A DNA stretch of 64,000 nt from a virus. The position numbers were made by a program, and so were the translations under genes. This document shows positions 49,226-59,697 of this stretch, piece after piece. The stretch spans positions 2,967 through 66,966 of the IMG/VR virus record IMGVR_UViG_3300036791_000892, one strand, 5' to 3'. The notes beneath the pieces were generated by a model that was given only the letters and a program-made list of their open reading frames with translations, was not told the DNA's origin and searched no databases. Numbering within the stretch: the first letter of the stretch is position 1; each line of letters starts with the position of its first letter.

Positions 49226-49795
49226 TTATCCAGTAGCCACCATAGGAGATGTAACCATCAAAGTCCCATTGGATTGTACAACAAAAGATTGTGTACTGGT
49301 ACTACCGGCTGTAGGACTAATCGGGTCCATAGGAAGATTTGAAGGAGGAGTGAATACGCGACCTCCTACTCCGTCCTGATGAATCACGAATCTCAACTCC
49401 TGTCCGGGAATCGTGTTAACGAGTGTTGGATTTATGTTGCCTGTCAGGGTCATCTCAAATTTGCTGGCTTGGCTGGCATCAAAAACCGCTGCTGGATTGA
49501 AGGTCATGGCAAGGATGCTTGCATTTGCATTTCTCAAAGCAGATGTAAGGTTGGTAATGAGAACCGGTAGATTCCCATCATCAAGAATATTGATGTTGAG
49601 ATTGTTACTGATGAAAGTTGCTAAAGCAGCAGCCATCATGCTCGCCTGTCTCCAACACTTGTTGGCTTGATTGGGGAAGGCAGTACCATTCTGGAAACCA
49701 GCCGTTTGATAACCGGAACCAGCAAAAGCAGCTTGGGTATCGACATTGGACCCAGATGCCGCAGCTACGGGCAAATAATCAACCTGTTTCGCCAT
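49226..49795 (-). CDS. short tail fibre/baseplate protein
   Basis: GFQNG.A...QANK.WRQASMMAAALA motif typical of Bcep781-like fibre N-termini. Confidence 0.7.
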   Translation of the reverse strand: MAKQVDYLPVAAASGSNVDTQAAFAGSGYQTAGFQNGTAFPNQANKCWRQASMMAAALATFISNNLNINILDDGNLPVLITNLTSALRNANASILAMTFNPAAVFDASQASKFEMTLTGNINPTLVNTIPGQELRFVIHQDGVGGRVFTPPSNLPMDPISPTAGSTSTQSFVVQSNGTLMVTSPMVATG

Positions 49796-49805
49796 AGAAA
49801 CCTCC

Positions 49806-50468
49806 TCATAGTGGCTGTATCGTTATCCAGTTTCCTGTACCCCATCCCTGTATGATATTAGACGTTGGACCCCAGCCGAAGATGGGAGCAGTGGCTTGGA
49901 AATACCCCACAATGTTGACCCCGGCCGGACGCATAATAAGTAAACCGCTTTTGAGTAGAGATATAAAAACTGCACTAGTGGTATGAGATAAAACAATGAC
50001 GGACATGGACATGTCCTGATTGTCTTGAATAATCATTTGAACTCCAGTAAGTTCAAATAGCAGTTGCATGATGTCATAAGCTCCCGGAATCGTACCATCC
50101 CACTGATTACTGGCAATCGTGGCAAGAAGTAAAGTTCTATAGTCTCCATCAGCTAGAACTATCATACCGGCAGATGTGTCGAATGGACTCGTCCAGTTGC
50201 CTTGACCCCAACCCAAACCTACTATACCCCACGAGAAAAATACTCCGGTAACTGGAACGGATAGGTTTCGACTAACACCAACCCACCTACCAATGATGTC
50301 AAGCTGATCTCCGACAGCTACCTCAATATCGAACAAAGAAGGAAATGTATTACAAAGATTTTGAGAATCGATGGATGGCTGAACGAGAGCCTGTAACAGT
50401 GCCATGAAGTTAGGACGACCATTATGCTCCGAAGTGATAAGAGTCGTATATTGAAGTAGGTTAGCCAT
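49806..50468 (-). CDS. baseplate wedge protein (DUF2612-like)
   Basis: AVGDQLDIIGRWVGVSR, D.DYR, RPAGV. Confidence 0.85.
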   Translation of the reverse strand: MANLLQYTTLITSEHNGRPNFMALLQALVQPSIDSQNLCNTFPSLFDIEVAVGDQLDIIGRWVGVSRNLSVPVTGVFFSWGIVGLGWGQGNWTSPFDTSAGMIVLADGDYRTLLLATIASNQWDGTIPGAYDIMQLLFELTGVQMIIQDNQDMSMSVIVLSHTTSAVFISLLKSGLLIMRPAGVNIVGYFQATAPIFGWGPTSNIIQGWGTGNWITIQPL

Positions 50469-50469
50469 C

Positions 50470-51663
50470 TCATCCTATTAGAATTGTAACATTGTTGATG
50501 TTAATGACCGGTGCTTGATTAAAAGCGATAAAAACATCGGCTACTGCTGTGGGGTTCGGAACTACATCAACGGTTAAACCGATAACCCGGAAAGTGACAT
50601 TTCCATCCAAGGATGCAACTCCCAGGAGCCAGTTGTAATAAACGCTATCGCCAATAGGAATTGTGTTGATGAAGTTGATTACAGCAGTAGCAATCACTGA
50701 AGCTGTAATACTCGCGTAAGCTGACATTGGACGAATGGTGATTGTAACGTAGACGGGTACTTGCACCAGAGTGAAGTAGTTGATGGTAACAGATAGACCA
50801 GCCGGGTCTTGTACTGTAATAGAGGTAGTTCCAAAAGTATCAGTTCCAGGAGTTTTCTTGGCTTCAATCGTTTGAGCAATCTCCAGAGAATCTCCCCCAT
50901 CCACAACTACTGAGATACTATGAGGAGGTAATCCATTGGCATCAATTGTACCACCATTGTTTTCATAGATGGCTGAACGATTTACTCCGTTGAGATTGGA
51001 TACAGCAGCAAGAATCGACTGTATTGGAGTTTGCGCAGGTAGAGACGTACTCTGAGCTTGGCGAATACGAAGTTCTGCGTCTGTCTCCATATCGCTTCCT
51101 GGAAGTGCATCCGCAGCATTATTCACGGTTTGCCACCCCAACACAGGAGTGGCAATGACAGTGATAGTGTTTGCTAAAGCAGAGACGTTTCCGGCCTGTA
51201 AAGCAATTGCCCCAACATCTATTCCTCCGCTGGCTGGAATCGTTACCAGTAATGGAAGAACCCATTGGTTGCCATTCGTATCAGTAGCAAGACCTGATAC
51301 AATTTGAGTTCCTGCAACTCCAGTAATAGTGAGAGTAACAGTACTGTTTGTAGATCCTTTTCGGGCTATACCATTAATCTTAACAAGACTACTCAGGTTG
51401 GCTCCTTGAGCAAAATTCGGAGACATTCCATTGTAGATATTGACGAAAGCTTGGTTGGTATCATGAATAGCCAAAGCAAACACGGATATAAGTTGAAAGT
51501 CCTGACTGTCAGGTTCGAGATAGATATCAGAACCATAGATCTGTTGAAAGCTGGCAATCAATGAGTTTAGTATGTCATCATAAGACGGAGTCCTTATTCC
51601 ACTGGCATCAATCGTGGGTGCAAGCGTTGGTAAAACTACCGGAACTAAAGATGTAGTAGACAT
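50470..51663 (-). CDS. baseplate J-like protein
   Basis: G..L..L....G..R, ETDAELR.R, PPHSI. Confidence 0.9.
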   Translation of the reverse strand: MSTTSLVPVVLPTLAPTIDASGIRTPSYDDILNSLIASFQQIYGSDIYLEPDSQDFQLISVFALAIHDTNQAFVNIYNGMSPNFAQGANLSSLVKINGIARKGSTNSTVTLTITGVAGTQIVSGLATDTNGNQWVLPLLVTIPASGGIDVGAIALQAGNVSALANTITVIATPVLGWQTVNNAADALPGSDMETDAELRIRQAQSTSLPAQTPIQSILAAVSNLNGVNRSAIYENNGGTIDANGLPPHSISVVVDGGDSLEIAQTIEAKKTPGTDTFGTTSITVQDPAGLSVTINYFTLVQVPVYVTITIRPMSAYASITASVIATAVINFINTIPIGDSVYYNWLLGVASLDGNVTFRVIGLTVDVVPNPTAVADVFIAFNQAPVININNVTILIG

Positions 51664-51666
51664 ATG

Positions 51667-52071
51667 CTATTCTCCGTATCCGCCTTCTCCAAAACCACCC
51701 ATACCATATCCTGCCTGAACCGTCTTTACGACTCCTAAGGACACAGCACCATAAATCGTATCTACTCTGACGTTAATGGTTAAGTTACGGGTATTATCCA
51801 AAAAACTGCTATAACTAATAATTGATTTCACTCCCTGAACTTTACGAATAGCATCCTTAATAAGAAGATCATAAGTCGGCTTCGGAGTAAATCCAACAAT
51901 CTGATTGAACCATGGTACACCGGCAGTGGTATCAAGAAACCACTCTCCCTGAAACAGAAGAAGAGTAGTTTGAATAGCTTGAGCTACAGCAGAGGGAGAA
52001 TTAATAAAGAAATTAGACAGTCCTTGGCCCAAGCTGTAATCCCCGTTGCTGTCAAGTTTTCTGTATCTCAT
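51667..52071 (-). CDS. baseplate wedge/sheath initiator (gp25-like)
   Basis: MRYRKLD..GDY, L.LF.GEWFLD...G.PW, V.TIYG. Confidence 0.8.
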   Translation of the reverse strand: MRYRKLDSNGDYSLGQGLSNFFINSPSAVAQAIQTTLLLFQGEWFLDTTAGVPWFNQIVGFTPKPTYDLLIKDAIRKVQGVKSIISYSSFLDNTRNLTINVRVDTIYGAVSLGVVKTVQAGYGMGGFGEGGYGE

Positions 52072-52742
52072 CCTACCGGTCCTCCTGTAACTCCAGTGCC
52101 GGTTTGTACTCCGGGGTGTGTATGAGAACCTACCGTATGATTATTAAAAGACCCTTCACTGTCAGATGTCAATAATCCCTGAATACGAATGCCACCAGGA
52201 GCTACAATTCCGATTGAGTTATCTGGTGCGATCTCGATATAACAAGAGCCATCTTTACTTCTTAATTGAGCTCTGTCAGGACTGATATTCGGAATAATGT
52301 TGGGTCTACTGTATGGACCCACAATGGCAAACCCGTCGCTCATTCCATGCAAGCGGTAAACGGGGAGGCGATTGTTATTTCGATTAGTCCCTCTGATTTC
52401 TTTTCCTGTCCACCCTCCAATCCACCAGTCATCGATACAACGACTGGCAAAGATGATAAGAGCCTCATCTCCGGGATTGATTGGAAAAGTCAGAACAAAT
52501 GAACCGCCTCGGGGAAATAGAACTGGAACATTAAGAAGTTGAGGCAGGTTGACAACATCAAGAGTCTCATCGGGATTCTTCTGAACAACCTGGATCGTAG
52601 GTTGAGCAGTACAGGTCCCATCGCCTTGCTGATTAAAATCCTGTATGACGGCTGGAAGAGCAGTCCATATCCCTGACTGCCAGTTTATCAAAGCTGATTT
52701 CACGGCATCAATCGGATCTTTAAGTCTTTCTCTCGGGTCCAT
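52068..52742 (-). CDS. baseplate central spike (Gp138-like)
   Basis: VPV.FP.GG, GDE...IFA.RCID.WW, C-terminal HTH.GV iron-binding motif. Confidence 0.85.
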   Translation of the reverse strand: MDPRERLKDPIDAVKSALINWQSGIWTALPAVIQDFNQQGDGTCTAQPTIQVVQKNPDETLDVVNLPQLLNVPVLFPRGGSFVLTFPINPGDEALIIFASRCIDDWWIGGWTGKEIRGTNRNNNRLPVYRLHGMSDGFAIVGPYSRPNIIPNISPDRAQLRSKDGSCYIEIAPDNSIGIVAPGGIRIQGLLTSDSEGSFNNHTVGSHTHPGVQTGTGVTGGPVG

Positions 52743-52745
52743 AAA

Positions 52746-55397
52746 TCATCCATTCTGAGTCACAATAAAGAACATGCGAGAATTTTTTCCAAGACTATCA
52801 TAAGTGGGTATAACCTTGTTGTCACCATCTGTTTGCACTTCGATAGCTCCGCCGATATTAAGATGCCCGTAAGGAGCAAGCAAGTCGGTACCTGTCACTA
52901 GAGGGATACCGGATAGAATAGGATTGCTGGATGTATCCTTGATATCCAAAATCCAAGTTCCTTGAGGTCCAGTCTGGGTACTCCATCTGACTAGAAACAG
53001 GTATTCAACACCATTTAAAGTGATTGTGAAACTCTGTGCAACAGAACTCAACGGAATCTCATAGACAACTACTGTTTGAGAAACCAGTACTGTGACAATG
53101 GGAGTGATATCAACCTGTGACGGAGGAGGTCCAGCGATCACCACAGTGACGGATAACTGGACTTGATCGGTTCCCGTAAGACCTGCTGTATCTGTCACAG
53201 TCAGGATACAAGTATAAACTCCGGGATTCGTATAGATATGCTGAGCTCCAGCTGCGGTTCCAGACTGTGTAGCACCGTCTCCGAAATCAAAACGGTAGTT
53301 AGAGATTGAGTTGTCATTATCAACGGATAGACTGGCATCAAAGTTCACAGTTAATGGAGCAATACCACCTACTGAGTCCGATGCCAGATGTGCCGCAGGA
53401 GGAACGGCATTCAGAGTAAACTGTCTTTGCGGAGTTTGAGGAGCCATATGATTCTGCAAACTCGGCATACCCTGAGCTTCAAGATAAAGGGTGTAAAGAC
53501 CGGAAACTGTCAATCCGGGAAGAGCGGTCAAATCAAACTGAGTCGCACCGCCGGGAAGCATAGTTGACAGAAGTGTAGCAGTGACACCATCTCTTGAACC
53601 CCACAAATTGTATCTACGAACGGTTTTCGTGTTTCCGGTGACTGTGAATATTAAGTTATTGCCAACCATTTGAAGACCGACAACAACATCAGTGCGGATG
53701 CCGCACATGACTCCTGAACCTTCCTGGAAATCATCTCCGGTGATGGTACAGATGAAATCAAGTCTGCCACCAGTTGATATGTAAGCACTGTTGGTTTGCC
53801 AGACATCCAGCCACGTTTGACCTGCTCTCTGATCGATATATTTGCCCAGAGACCAAGAAGTAGATCTGGTCAAAGTTCCATTGAAACCTTTCCAGTTAGA
53901 GCTTAGACATATCTGACTCGGGTGTGCGGAGCAAGCCGGAAAGAATGAGCTAGTAAGATAACTTGAACCAGATGGGTCAGAAGAACTGTCAGCAGAACTA
54001 CTTAACCATGCCAGAGAACCGTCGGATTTGGCTACGGTAAAACCTGAAGCCTGATAGTGAATAAGTAGAGGATTCGCGTGGGAGGTGACTGCTGCACTTA
54101 CCGCTGTCCAGTCAACATTTGCCCCGGCTACTGATGCCACATTCCATAAGAGTATGAGTGGACGTGATGATCCCGCCAAAGTATAATGTTCATATCTCGG
54201 ATGAGAAGCATATCTATCCATCAGATGATTGATACCTGTGATGATACCCGATTGATAGGTCGCAGTCGTATATCCGTTGTGGGCAAAATATTGCTGGTCA
54301 ATCATGATCGCAAAATTGAGACCCACAGTATTACAAGCCGCGGCAAACAGATCTACAATGGCGTCATTACAAACTGTGGTGACAGTTGGGCTATTCCAAT
54401 CGAAGATTACTAGATCATAACCCCTGTCATACATGTCCTGAACCTGTCTCAAGACATCCGTTGAATTTAAGTCACTCATGCCAATCGCGGGGTGACTCGT
54501 AAGACCCCACCATGCTTGATAGTGCATCCCAATACGTCCGGGAAATGCACTAGAACCATCAGGGTTAAGAGCCAAGTAATTGCGAACTGTTTCCTTGCTG
54601 ATGACCATCGGAGCAGCAGCATTTTCGCTGTCATCCACAAATGCCGGATTCACCGCAATATTAACTCCATCATGATTGGTCGTACCAGTAAAGAGACCCG
54701 GAAAATTGGTCTGGTTGTATCCTGAATACATCGCAACATTGTGGGTGGAGAAGGATGATACTGGCTTGGTAGAAGGAGGGTATCCCGGAGAAAATACTAC
54801 AGCACCAGTGATTGTAATCGGAACACTGGTCATTTTAAGAGTTCCAGTATTATCCCAAGCTTTGAACAGGATGGTGTGAGAGCCGGCTACAGTTCCAGCC
54901 GGTGAACTAAGATTTTGACTGATGGATGACAGGCCTGATCCAGAAAGAGTGTAAATCCTGACAGAATCGAACCAGATCTCCCATCCAGTGATTCCTCCTC
55001 CAGTAGTTGTAGCATTGGCTGCATAGTTTATAAGTGCATTGACAGCGAATGATGCTCCGGAAGCTGGTGAGGTCACTGTAAGAGTCACCACTCCTGCTAC
55101 GGGGTTAGCAACCACAATTGTAACAGGTTTATCCGTGTGGGCACCACTCCCGTCATACGCCTTTACCGTGATAGTGTGATTTCCTAAAGCTGTACTGGTT
55201 GGAATGAGGATATTGACATTGAGAGCTGGGGCTGAGGTAGTAGAAATAGAATAAACTCGGGTATTGTCGAGAAAGACTTCCCAACCAGTAATATTCCCTG
55301 TAGTAGAACTTCCAGAGGCGATGACATTGAGATTGGCTCCTGGGGCTACATTCTGATTCGGTACAGGCGCGGTGACGGTATTAGTTACGACTCCCAC
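52746..55397 (-). CDS. baseplate plug-like protein with N-terminal Ig, glycoside-hydrolase-like and PKD domains
   Basis: two Ig repeats ending HTI..KA.D..G; GH-like core; PKD FDFGDG; last ~105 aa EIPL...Q.F.I.L.G.Y...W.LDI.D...GIPLVTG.DLL. Confidence 0.75.
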   Translation of the reverse strand: MGVVTNTVTAPVPNQNVAPGANLNVIASGSSTTGNITGWEVFLDNTRVYSISTTSAPALNVNILIPTSTALGNHTITVKAYDGSGAHTDKPVTIVVANPVAGVVTLTVTSPASGASFAVNALINYAANATTTGGGITGWEIWFDSVRIYTLSGSGLSSISQNLSSPAGTVAGSHTILFKAWDNTGTLKMTSVPITITGAVVFSPGYPPSTKPVSSFSTHNVAMYSGYNQTNFPGLFTGTTNHDGVNIAVNPAFVDDSENAAAPMVISKETVRNYLALNPDGSSAFPGRIGMHYQAWWGLTSHPAIGMSDLNSTDVLRQVQDMYDRGYDLVIFDWNSPTVTTVCNDAIVDLFAAACNTVGLNFAIMIDQQYFAHNGYTTATYQSGIITGINHLMDRYASHPRYEHYTLAGSSRPLILLWNVASVAGANVDWTAVSAAVTSHANPLLIHYQASGFTVAKSDGSLAWLSSSADSSSDPSGSSYLTSSFFPACSAHPSQICLSSNWKGFNGTLTRSTSWSLGKYIDQRAGQTWLDVWQTNSAYISTGGRLDFICTITGDDFQEGSGVMCGIRTDVVVGLQMVGNNLIFTVTGNTKTVRRYNLWGSRDGVTATLLSTMLPGGATQFDLTALPGLTVSGLYTLYLEAQGMPSLQNHMAPQTPQRQFTLNAVPPAAHLASDSVGGIAPLTVNFDASLSVDNDNSISNYRFDFGDGATQSGTAAGAQHIYTNPGVYTCILTVTDTAGLTGTDQVQLSVTVVIAGPPPSQVDITPIVTVLVSQTVVVYEIPLSSVAQSFTITLNGVEYLFLVRWSTQTGPQGTWILDIKDTSSNPILSGIPLVTGTDLLAPYGHLNIGGAIEVQTDGDNKVIPTYDSLGKNSRMFFIVTQNG

Positions 55398-55408
55398 TTA
55401 ATTTCTCC

Positions 55409-56020
55409 TTATCTAGTACTATTCTGCACAGTAGCCACAGATGGGTTATAGATAATTCCACCACTCGGGTCAAGATTTGCCGCTCCCTTATTGGTTACAG
55501 GGTTTGTCTTTTGGGGTTGAGTTTGATGAGACGGGTCAGCTGCCATAGTAGAAGTACTGACTGTAGCCACGAGCAGTTCTTGCAAGGTGATTCTGGCAAT
55601 CAACACATTCTCGCTGGCTCTGTCTGTAGTAACGCTGATACCCTGAATCATCATGTTGTTATAGGTCGCTTTACCGGTGATCACACGAAGCGGATTTCTG
55701 TCGGAATAAATTTGTCTTATCATTGTGTAGGTATCAACAAGAAACTCTGTACTGAGATCAATATTCTGTCTCCCGCCTCCACTCCAAACATAAGTCAAAG
55801 TCAACTCAGTCGGTCTCCTATAAGCGTGATCAGAGATTGTAGTTCCTTCTTGTACAGGATGTTGGGTAATCTCCATCTCATCACTATGAATTTCTTCGAG
55901 CACACAATCGGCAATGATATCACTGCCAATACTGCGTTGAGGTCTCAGGATGACTGTCTGATAATCCCTCTCAAGAAGAGTTGGCTGCTCTCCGCCGAAA
56001 CTAACACTCAGATCACTCAT
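55409..56020 (-). CDS. Dit-like baseplate/tube initiator
   Basis: EIHSDE..IT.HPV..G..ISDHAY..P, TGK..Y.NM.I. Confidence 0.8.
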   Translation of the reverse strand: MSDLSVSFGGEQPTLLERDYQTVILRPQRSIGSDIIADCVLEEIHSDEMEITQHPVQEGTTISDHAYRRPTELTLTYVWSGGGRQNIDLSTEFLVDTYTMIRQIYSDRNPLRVITGKATYNNMMIQGISVTTDRASENVLIARITLQELLVATVSTSTMAADPSHQTQPQKTNPVTNKGAANLDPSGGIIYNPSVATVQNSTR

Positions 56021-56985
56021 TTTTCAACACCTCGATTTACTGGCTGAGGCAGATTATCAAGAGCTAGGCATACAAGATCAGTGTACCATTCTTGCCCTCG
56101 AGTGTCCCCAGATTGCTCGGCTACCAGAACTTTGTATAAACCATTTTTATCGGCAGTAGCTATGAGAGATTGTTCTGGAGGAGCCTTATAAGCTGGAAAC
56201 CCATAAGATTCAATCATCGTCTGAGTGATATCTTTCTCATTGAGATGAATGAGTCTGCCAATGCGAATACGAGGATCAAGTAGAACTCTCACGTTGATTC
56301 CTTCCAGTGTCGCTTGTGGTATCCCGATCATACCTGTAAGTGAGTTGATATTGTAAATTTCTCCTGGCAAATAGCCATCAAGAGGAATAAGGAATAATAC
56401 TCCATTTTGGATACTCCAGTGAGCATTTAAACGCTTAGACAACTCACCTACTTGATCTCGAGCCATGCCCATAACTACTTTGCCTCGGCGGTTCGGAATA
56501 ATTCCTCCAGATTTTTTCATTGCGTATTGCAGAGATGATGGGTCTACCGTAATTCCCATAGCACTGGCATAGGCCTGTAGCTCTTGCTGAAATGTAGTTT
56601 CCGCAGCAAAGGTGCGATTGATTACTCCAGTAGCATATCCGTAGTCGGTATCTCCGGCTTGAATCTCAAGAAAAGAGTCGGTGTTGTTTTCCTTTCCTTT
56701 AACAAATCTTTTTATGTTTCCAGTAAAGATAATTGAGTGATAGGTCTCATATCCAGCATCCAGAGATACGCTGGTATACTCATTGATGATCCTGTTTACT
56801 GTCTGATCTTTGAGGTTATAAACTCTGACAATACAGATATTAGGAGTATCAATATCATTGTTCGTGATTCTAAACCTGAATCTCAACTGAGACAGGTCAA
56901 TCGCTCTGTTGTTTACATCCTGCTTGCCCACAAGCAAGGTAGCATACCTCTTAAACAATACTCCGGGTTGAGTTCCATTACTCAT
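56017..56985 (-). CDS. baseplate hub protein
   Basis: VYNL, L.AGY, IF.G.I, WSIQNG, TGMIG.P, GDTRG..WY. Confidence 0.8.
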   Translation of the reverse strand: MSNGTQPGVLFKRYATLLVGKQDVNNRAIDLSQLRFRFRITNNDIDTPNICIVRVYNLKDQTVNRIINEYTSVSLDAGYETYHSIIFTGNIKRFVKGKENNTDSFLEIQAGDTDYGYATGVINRTFAAETTFQQELQAYASAMGITVDPSSLQYAMKKSGGIIPNRRGKVVMGMARDQVGELSKRLNAHWSIQNGVLFLIPLDGYLPGEIYNINSLTGMIGIPQATLEGINVRVLLDPRIRIGRLIHLNEKDITQTMIESYGFPAYKAPPEQSLIATADKNGLYKVLVAEQSGDTRGQEWYTDLVCLALDNLPQPVNRGVEK

Positions 56986-58619
56986 TGATTACCAAAGTTC
57001 AGTGTGTAGCGAAATAGATCAGCATTAACATCGTCTTGACCACCAAGCACATGGTCGGCTACTGCTTTCGGGTCCCCGGCACCATTCACGTTGATTTCGG
57101 TTTTCTGGCTAAGAGTAACTTGAGCTCCTTTCTGTTCACCGAGTTTATATTGTTCAACGCGCTTGACATAATCTTGTGTTTCGGGGATATTCGGAATTTT
57201 TCCATGAACTGCGCCAGGACCAGCGTTGTAAGCTGCAACGGCTAATTCTTCATGCCCAGGATATAGAGCTAACATCTGTTTGAGATACTTGAGTCCTCCT
57301 GTGACATTCTGCTCAATATCGAATGGATTAGTTACTCCGAGACCGGCAGCGGTCTTGGGCATAAGCTGCATTATTCCCATAGCTCCGGCTTTACTGATAG
57401 CAAACGGATTGAAGCCGGATTCCTGATGAGCTAAGGCAGCAGCGAGATTTGGGTCAATCCCCATCTCCTGAGCTTTCTGGCGGATAAAATCATGAATGGA
57501 TTGACGTGAACCTGGTTGAGCTTGAGTACCCTTATATTTCCTGGTAAGAGCCTCAAGTACCGGCTCATCTTCTTTGGCTAATCGACCTTGTCCTTTTAAC
57601 AACTCAAGTCGATGCAGATGCATTTTTTCACGATCATCACCCTCAAGTTGAGTGAAGTCCCAAGCCTTCTTCATAAAATAACCGCTGGCAGCTATTCCGG
57701 CTAGGGCAGTAGCAGCAAGAACAAAAGTTCCGAATGCGCTGGCGGCTGCAATAGCAGATGCTGACGCTGCACTAAAACCTCCTGACAGTAGAGCAAGAGA
57801 GATGACTATAGGAGATATCGCTTCGGCTAAACCTCCTAAAGCAACCGCAATTGCGATAATTGCAGATGACCACCCTCCTGTCTCATCATGGAGTTTTACT
57901 ATCCAGTTTATAAACTCCTCAAGCCAGTACATAACCTTTTCTAGGATAGGGATCAGCTTATCCGTTGTGAGTGTAATAAAGTTTTGCCACTTCTCCTTGA
58001 GTTCTTCAACTCTCATGGCTGCTTCATGTATCTGCTTAGCTCTGGCCTCACTATACGGACTTACTTTTTGTTGTTCAATATAAGCCTTTTTAAGATCATC
58101 AAGATTCTGGATGAGAGCGTGGAAGGTCGGCTCATCAATACCTAGAACTGTTTGTGCTTTTCCAGCAGCTATCATGGCAAAAGCCGGGCTCAGAGCTGCT
58201 TCTTTCTTAAGTCCCTCAAGAACATTGAAGAGATTTTGAACATTATCTTTACTAACTGCAAAACCGAAGCCTCTAATTAAGGCTTCAAACCCTGGACCTC
58301 GGAGACCACTGGATATTTGGATTAAAGCACTATCAGCATTCTTTGCTTCAAACCCAACCTTTTTGAAGGCATATTCTAAAGCTTCCAGGTTCTTGACCGG
58401 AGTATCCGTTTTTTGACTGGTAATGTAGAGATCATTAACAGTGTTTATTATGTTGTTCAGGTTAGAAACCATCTTTACAGCTGTTGCGACAGTTGCCTCC
58501 GCCAGAGCAATGATCTTATTTCTGGTGTCGCGTAAGTTCTCCTTATACTTACGGGAGGACTCTTCATCGATCTTATAACCTATGAAGATGTAATACGATT
58601 GTAGGTTGATTTCAGCCAT
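56982..58619 (-). CDS. tape measure protein with SLT lytic transglycosylase domain
   Basis: helical N-terminus, TM region; QESGFNP.A.S.AGA.G.MQLMP, AAYNAG, ETQ.YV. Confidence 0.9.
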   Translation of the reverse strand: MAEINLQSYYIFIGYKIDEESSRKYKENLRDTRNKIIALAEATVATAVKMVSNLNNIINTVNDLYITSQKTDTPVKNLEALEYAFKKVGFEAKNADSALIQISSGLRGPGFEALIRGFGFAVSKDNVQNLFNVLEGLKKEAALSPAFAMIAAGKAQTVLGIDEPTFHALIQNLDDLKKAYIEQQKVSPYSEARAKQIHEAAMRVEELKEKWQNFITLTTDKLIPILEKVMYWLEEFINWIVKLHDETGGWSSAIIAIAVALGGLAEAISPIVISLALLSGGFSAASASAIAAASAFGTFVLAATALAGIAASGYFMKKAWDFTQLEGDDREKMHLHRLELLKGQGRLAKEDEPVLEALTRKYKGTQAQPGSRQSIHDFIRQKAQEMGIDPNLAAALAHQESGFNPFAISKAGAMGIMQLMPKTAAGLGVTNPFDIEQNVTGGLKYLKQMLALYPGHEELAVAAYNAGPGAVHGKIPNIPETQDYVKRVEQYKLGEQKGAQVTLSQKTEINVNGAGDPKAVADHVLGGQDDVNADLFRYTLNFGNQ

Positions 58620-58846
58620 TATCGTTTCTCAAAGTGTTTCCTAATTCTCGTTGTATTCTCATCCTGTACATCAAGAGCTTCATTCATACGTGCAATATCA
58701 ACCAACATGAGAGTCCCGTCCAACAAAGACTCATACTTGCACAGACCACCTAGTACAGGACGCATAACCCAATCCTCGTGGCCTTTCATCGAAACGAGAT
58801 CAATATCTACTTGGCGTCTGTAGTTGGCTGCTTGATAGAAAAAAAA
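58619..58846 (-). CDS. tail assembly chaperone C-terminal extension reached by -1 frameshift
   Basis: T8 run at 58846-58839; the -1 frame reads FYQAANYRRQ...DWVMRPVLGGLCKYESLLDGTL..D.ARMNEALD and stops overlapping the TMP start. Confidence 0.7.
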   Translation of the reverse strand, partial: FFFYQAANYRRQVDIDLVSMKGHEDWVMRPVLGGLCKYESLLDGTLMLVDIARMNEALDVQDENTTRIRKHFEKR

Positions 58847-59232
58847 TCCGACAGATTCTCCTGAATCACATTAATTGAGAGTCCCACAAGCGAGGTGAGA
58901 GTCAAATCTTCATACATCAGTTTTCCGCTCTTTGACTGTACCGCAGCCCACCCATCTGGTTTAACCGATCTCTGACAAACGCTGAGGCATTTGTGGACGA
59001 TGTAATCTACATCATCATCACTCATACTGGCAAACGCCTTAGCAATTTGAGAAAAATCAATATTGGAATCTTTGTCCCCATTCTTCGGTGTCCGGTCAGG
59101 CACATCTTTGACTGCTTCTTCAAGGCCGGCAAGCAGCGGAGCAAGACGACGTGAAACATGGAGCTGGTCAAAGACGCCCAACCGACCTATGCGATAATTC
59201 ACTCCCTCAACTTCAACTATGGTATCAGACAT
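58807..59232 (-). CDS. tail assembly chaperone
   Basis: Y.IG.L..F.Q.HV.RRLAP; ENL.DFF; located between tube and TMP. Confidence 0.8.
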   Translation of the reverse strand: MSDTIVEVEGVNYRIGRLGVFDQLHVSRRLAPLLAGLEEAVKDVPDRTPKNGDKDSNIDFSQIAKAFASMSDDDVDYIVHKCLSVCQRSVKPDGWAAVQSKSGKLMYEDLTLTSLVGLSINVIQENLSDFFSIKQPTTDAK

Positions 59233-59686
59233 TCCTCAGTATTCCTCCACCCGGCTCAATGGCGATGGCATTGAATATCCATTCACGAATGCCAGCATCT
59301 TTGGCGTAGGTGTCGTTAGCGAAACGAGCAAACGCCACGCCGGTGCAAGTATAGACTTCTCCATTGATAATGTGTGTAATCACCAGAATATTCCTGCCGT
59401 GGAACAGAGAACTGCTTGTCTGGAAATTATACATCTCAGTGAGAAGGATGTTGGTTGGCGATGTCTTGAGCAAACGGATTGTAACTTTTCCAGCTTTGCT
59501 TGCATGGAGACTGTGAGCTCCGCTGCCATCAGCCCCAATATGCATGACATCTTTTTCCTCGACTGGCTCAACACTGATACCTTCCTCGCTAGCTCCTGAA
59601 TTGTTTCCCAGAACGGCGGTCCCGGCAGGTCCGGTCAGGGTAGCCTGTACATCGAGGAAGGAGTAAGTAAATTGTGGTTGTGGCAT
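59225..59686 (-). CDS. tail tube protein (DUF3277-like)
   Basis: YSFLDV, IGADG...HSLHA..G.VT..LL.TSP.N. Confidence 0.85.
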   Translation of the reverse strand: MPQPQFTYSFLDVQATLTGPAGTAVLGNNSGASEEGISVEPVEEKDVMHIGADGSGAHSLHASKAGKVTIRLLKTSPTNILLTEMYNFQTSSSLFHGRNILVITHIINGEVYTCTGVAFARFANDTYAKDAGIREWIFNAIAIEPGGGILRNV

Positions 59687-59697
59687 TTAAATTCTCC

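Noticed and set aside
45404-55397. Diversity-generating retroelement behind the duplicated GH-like domain
   Set aside because: No reverse transcriptase in the window; the copies differ throughout and both are intact ORFs.
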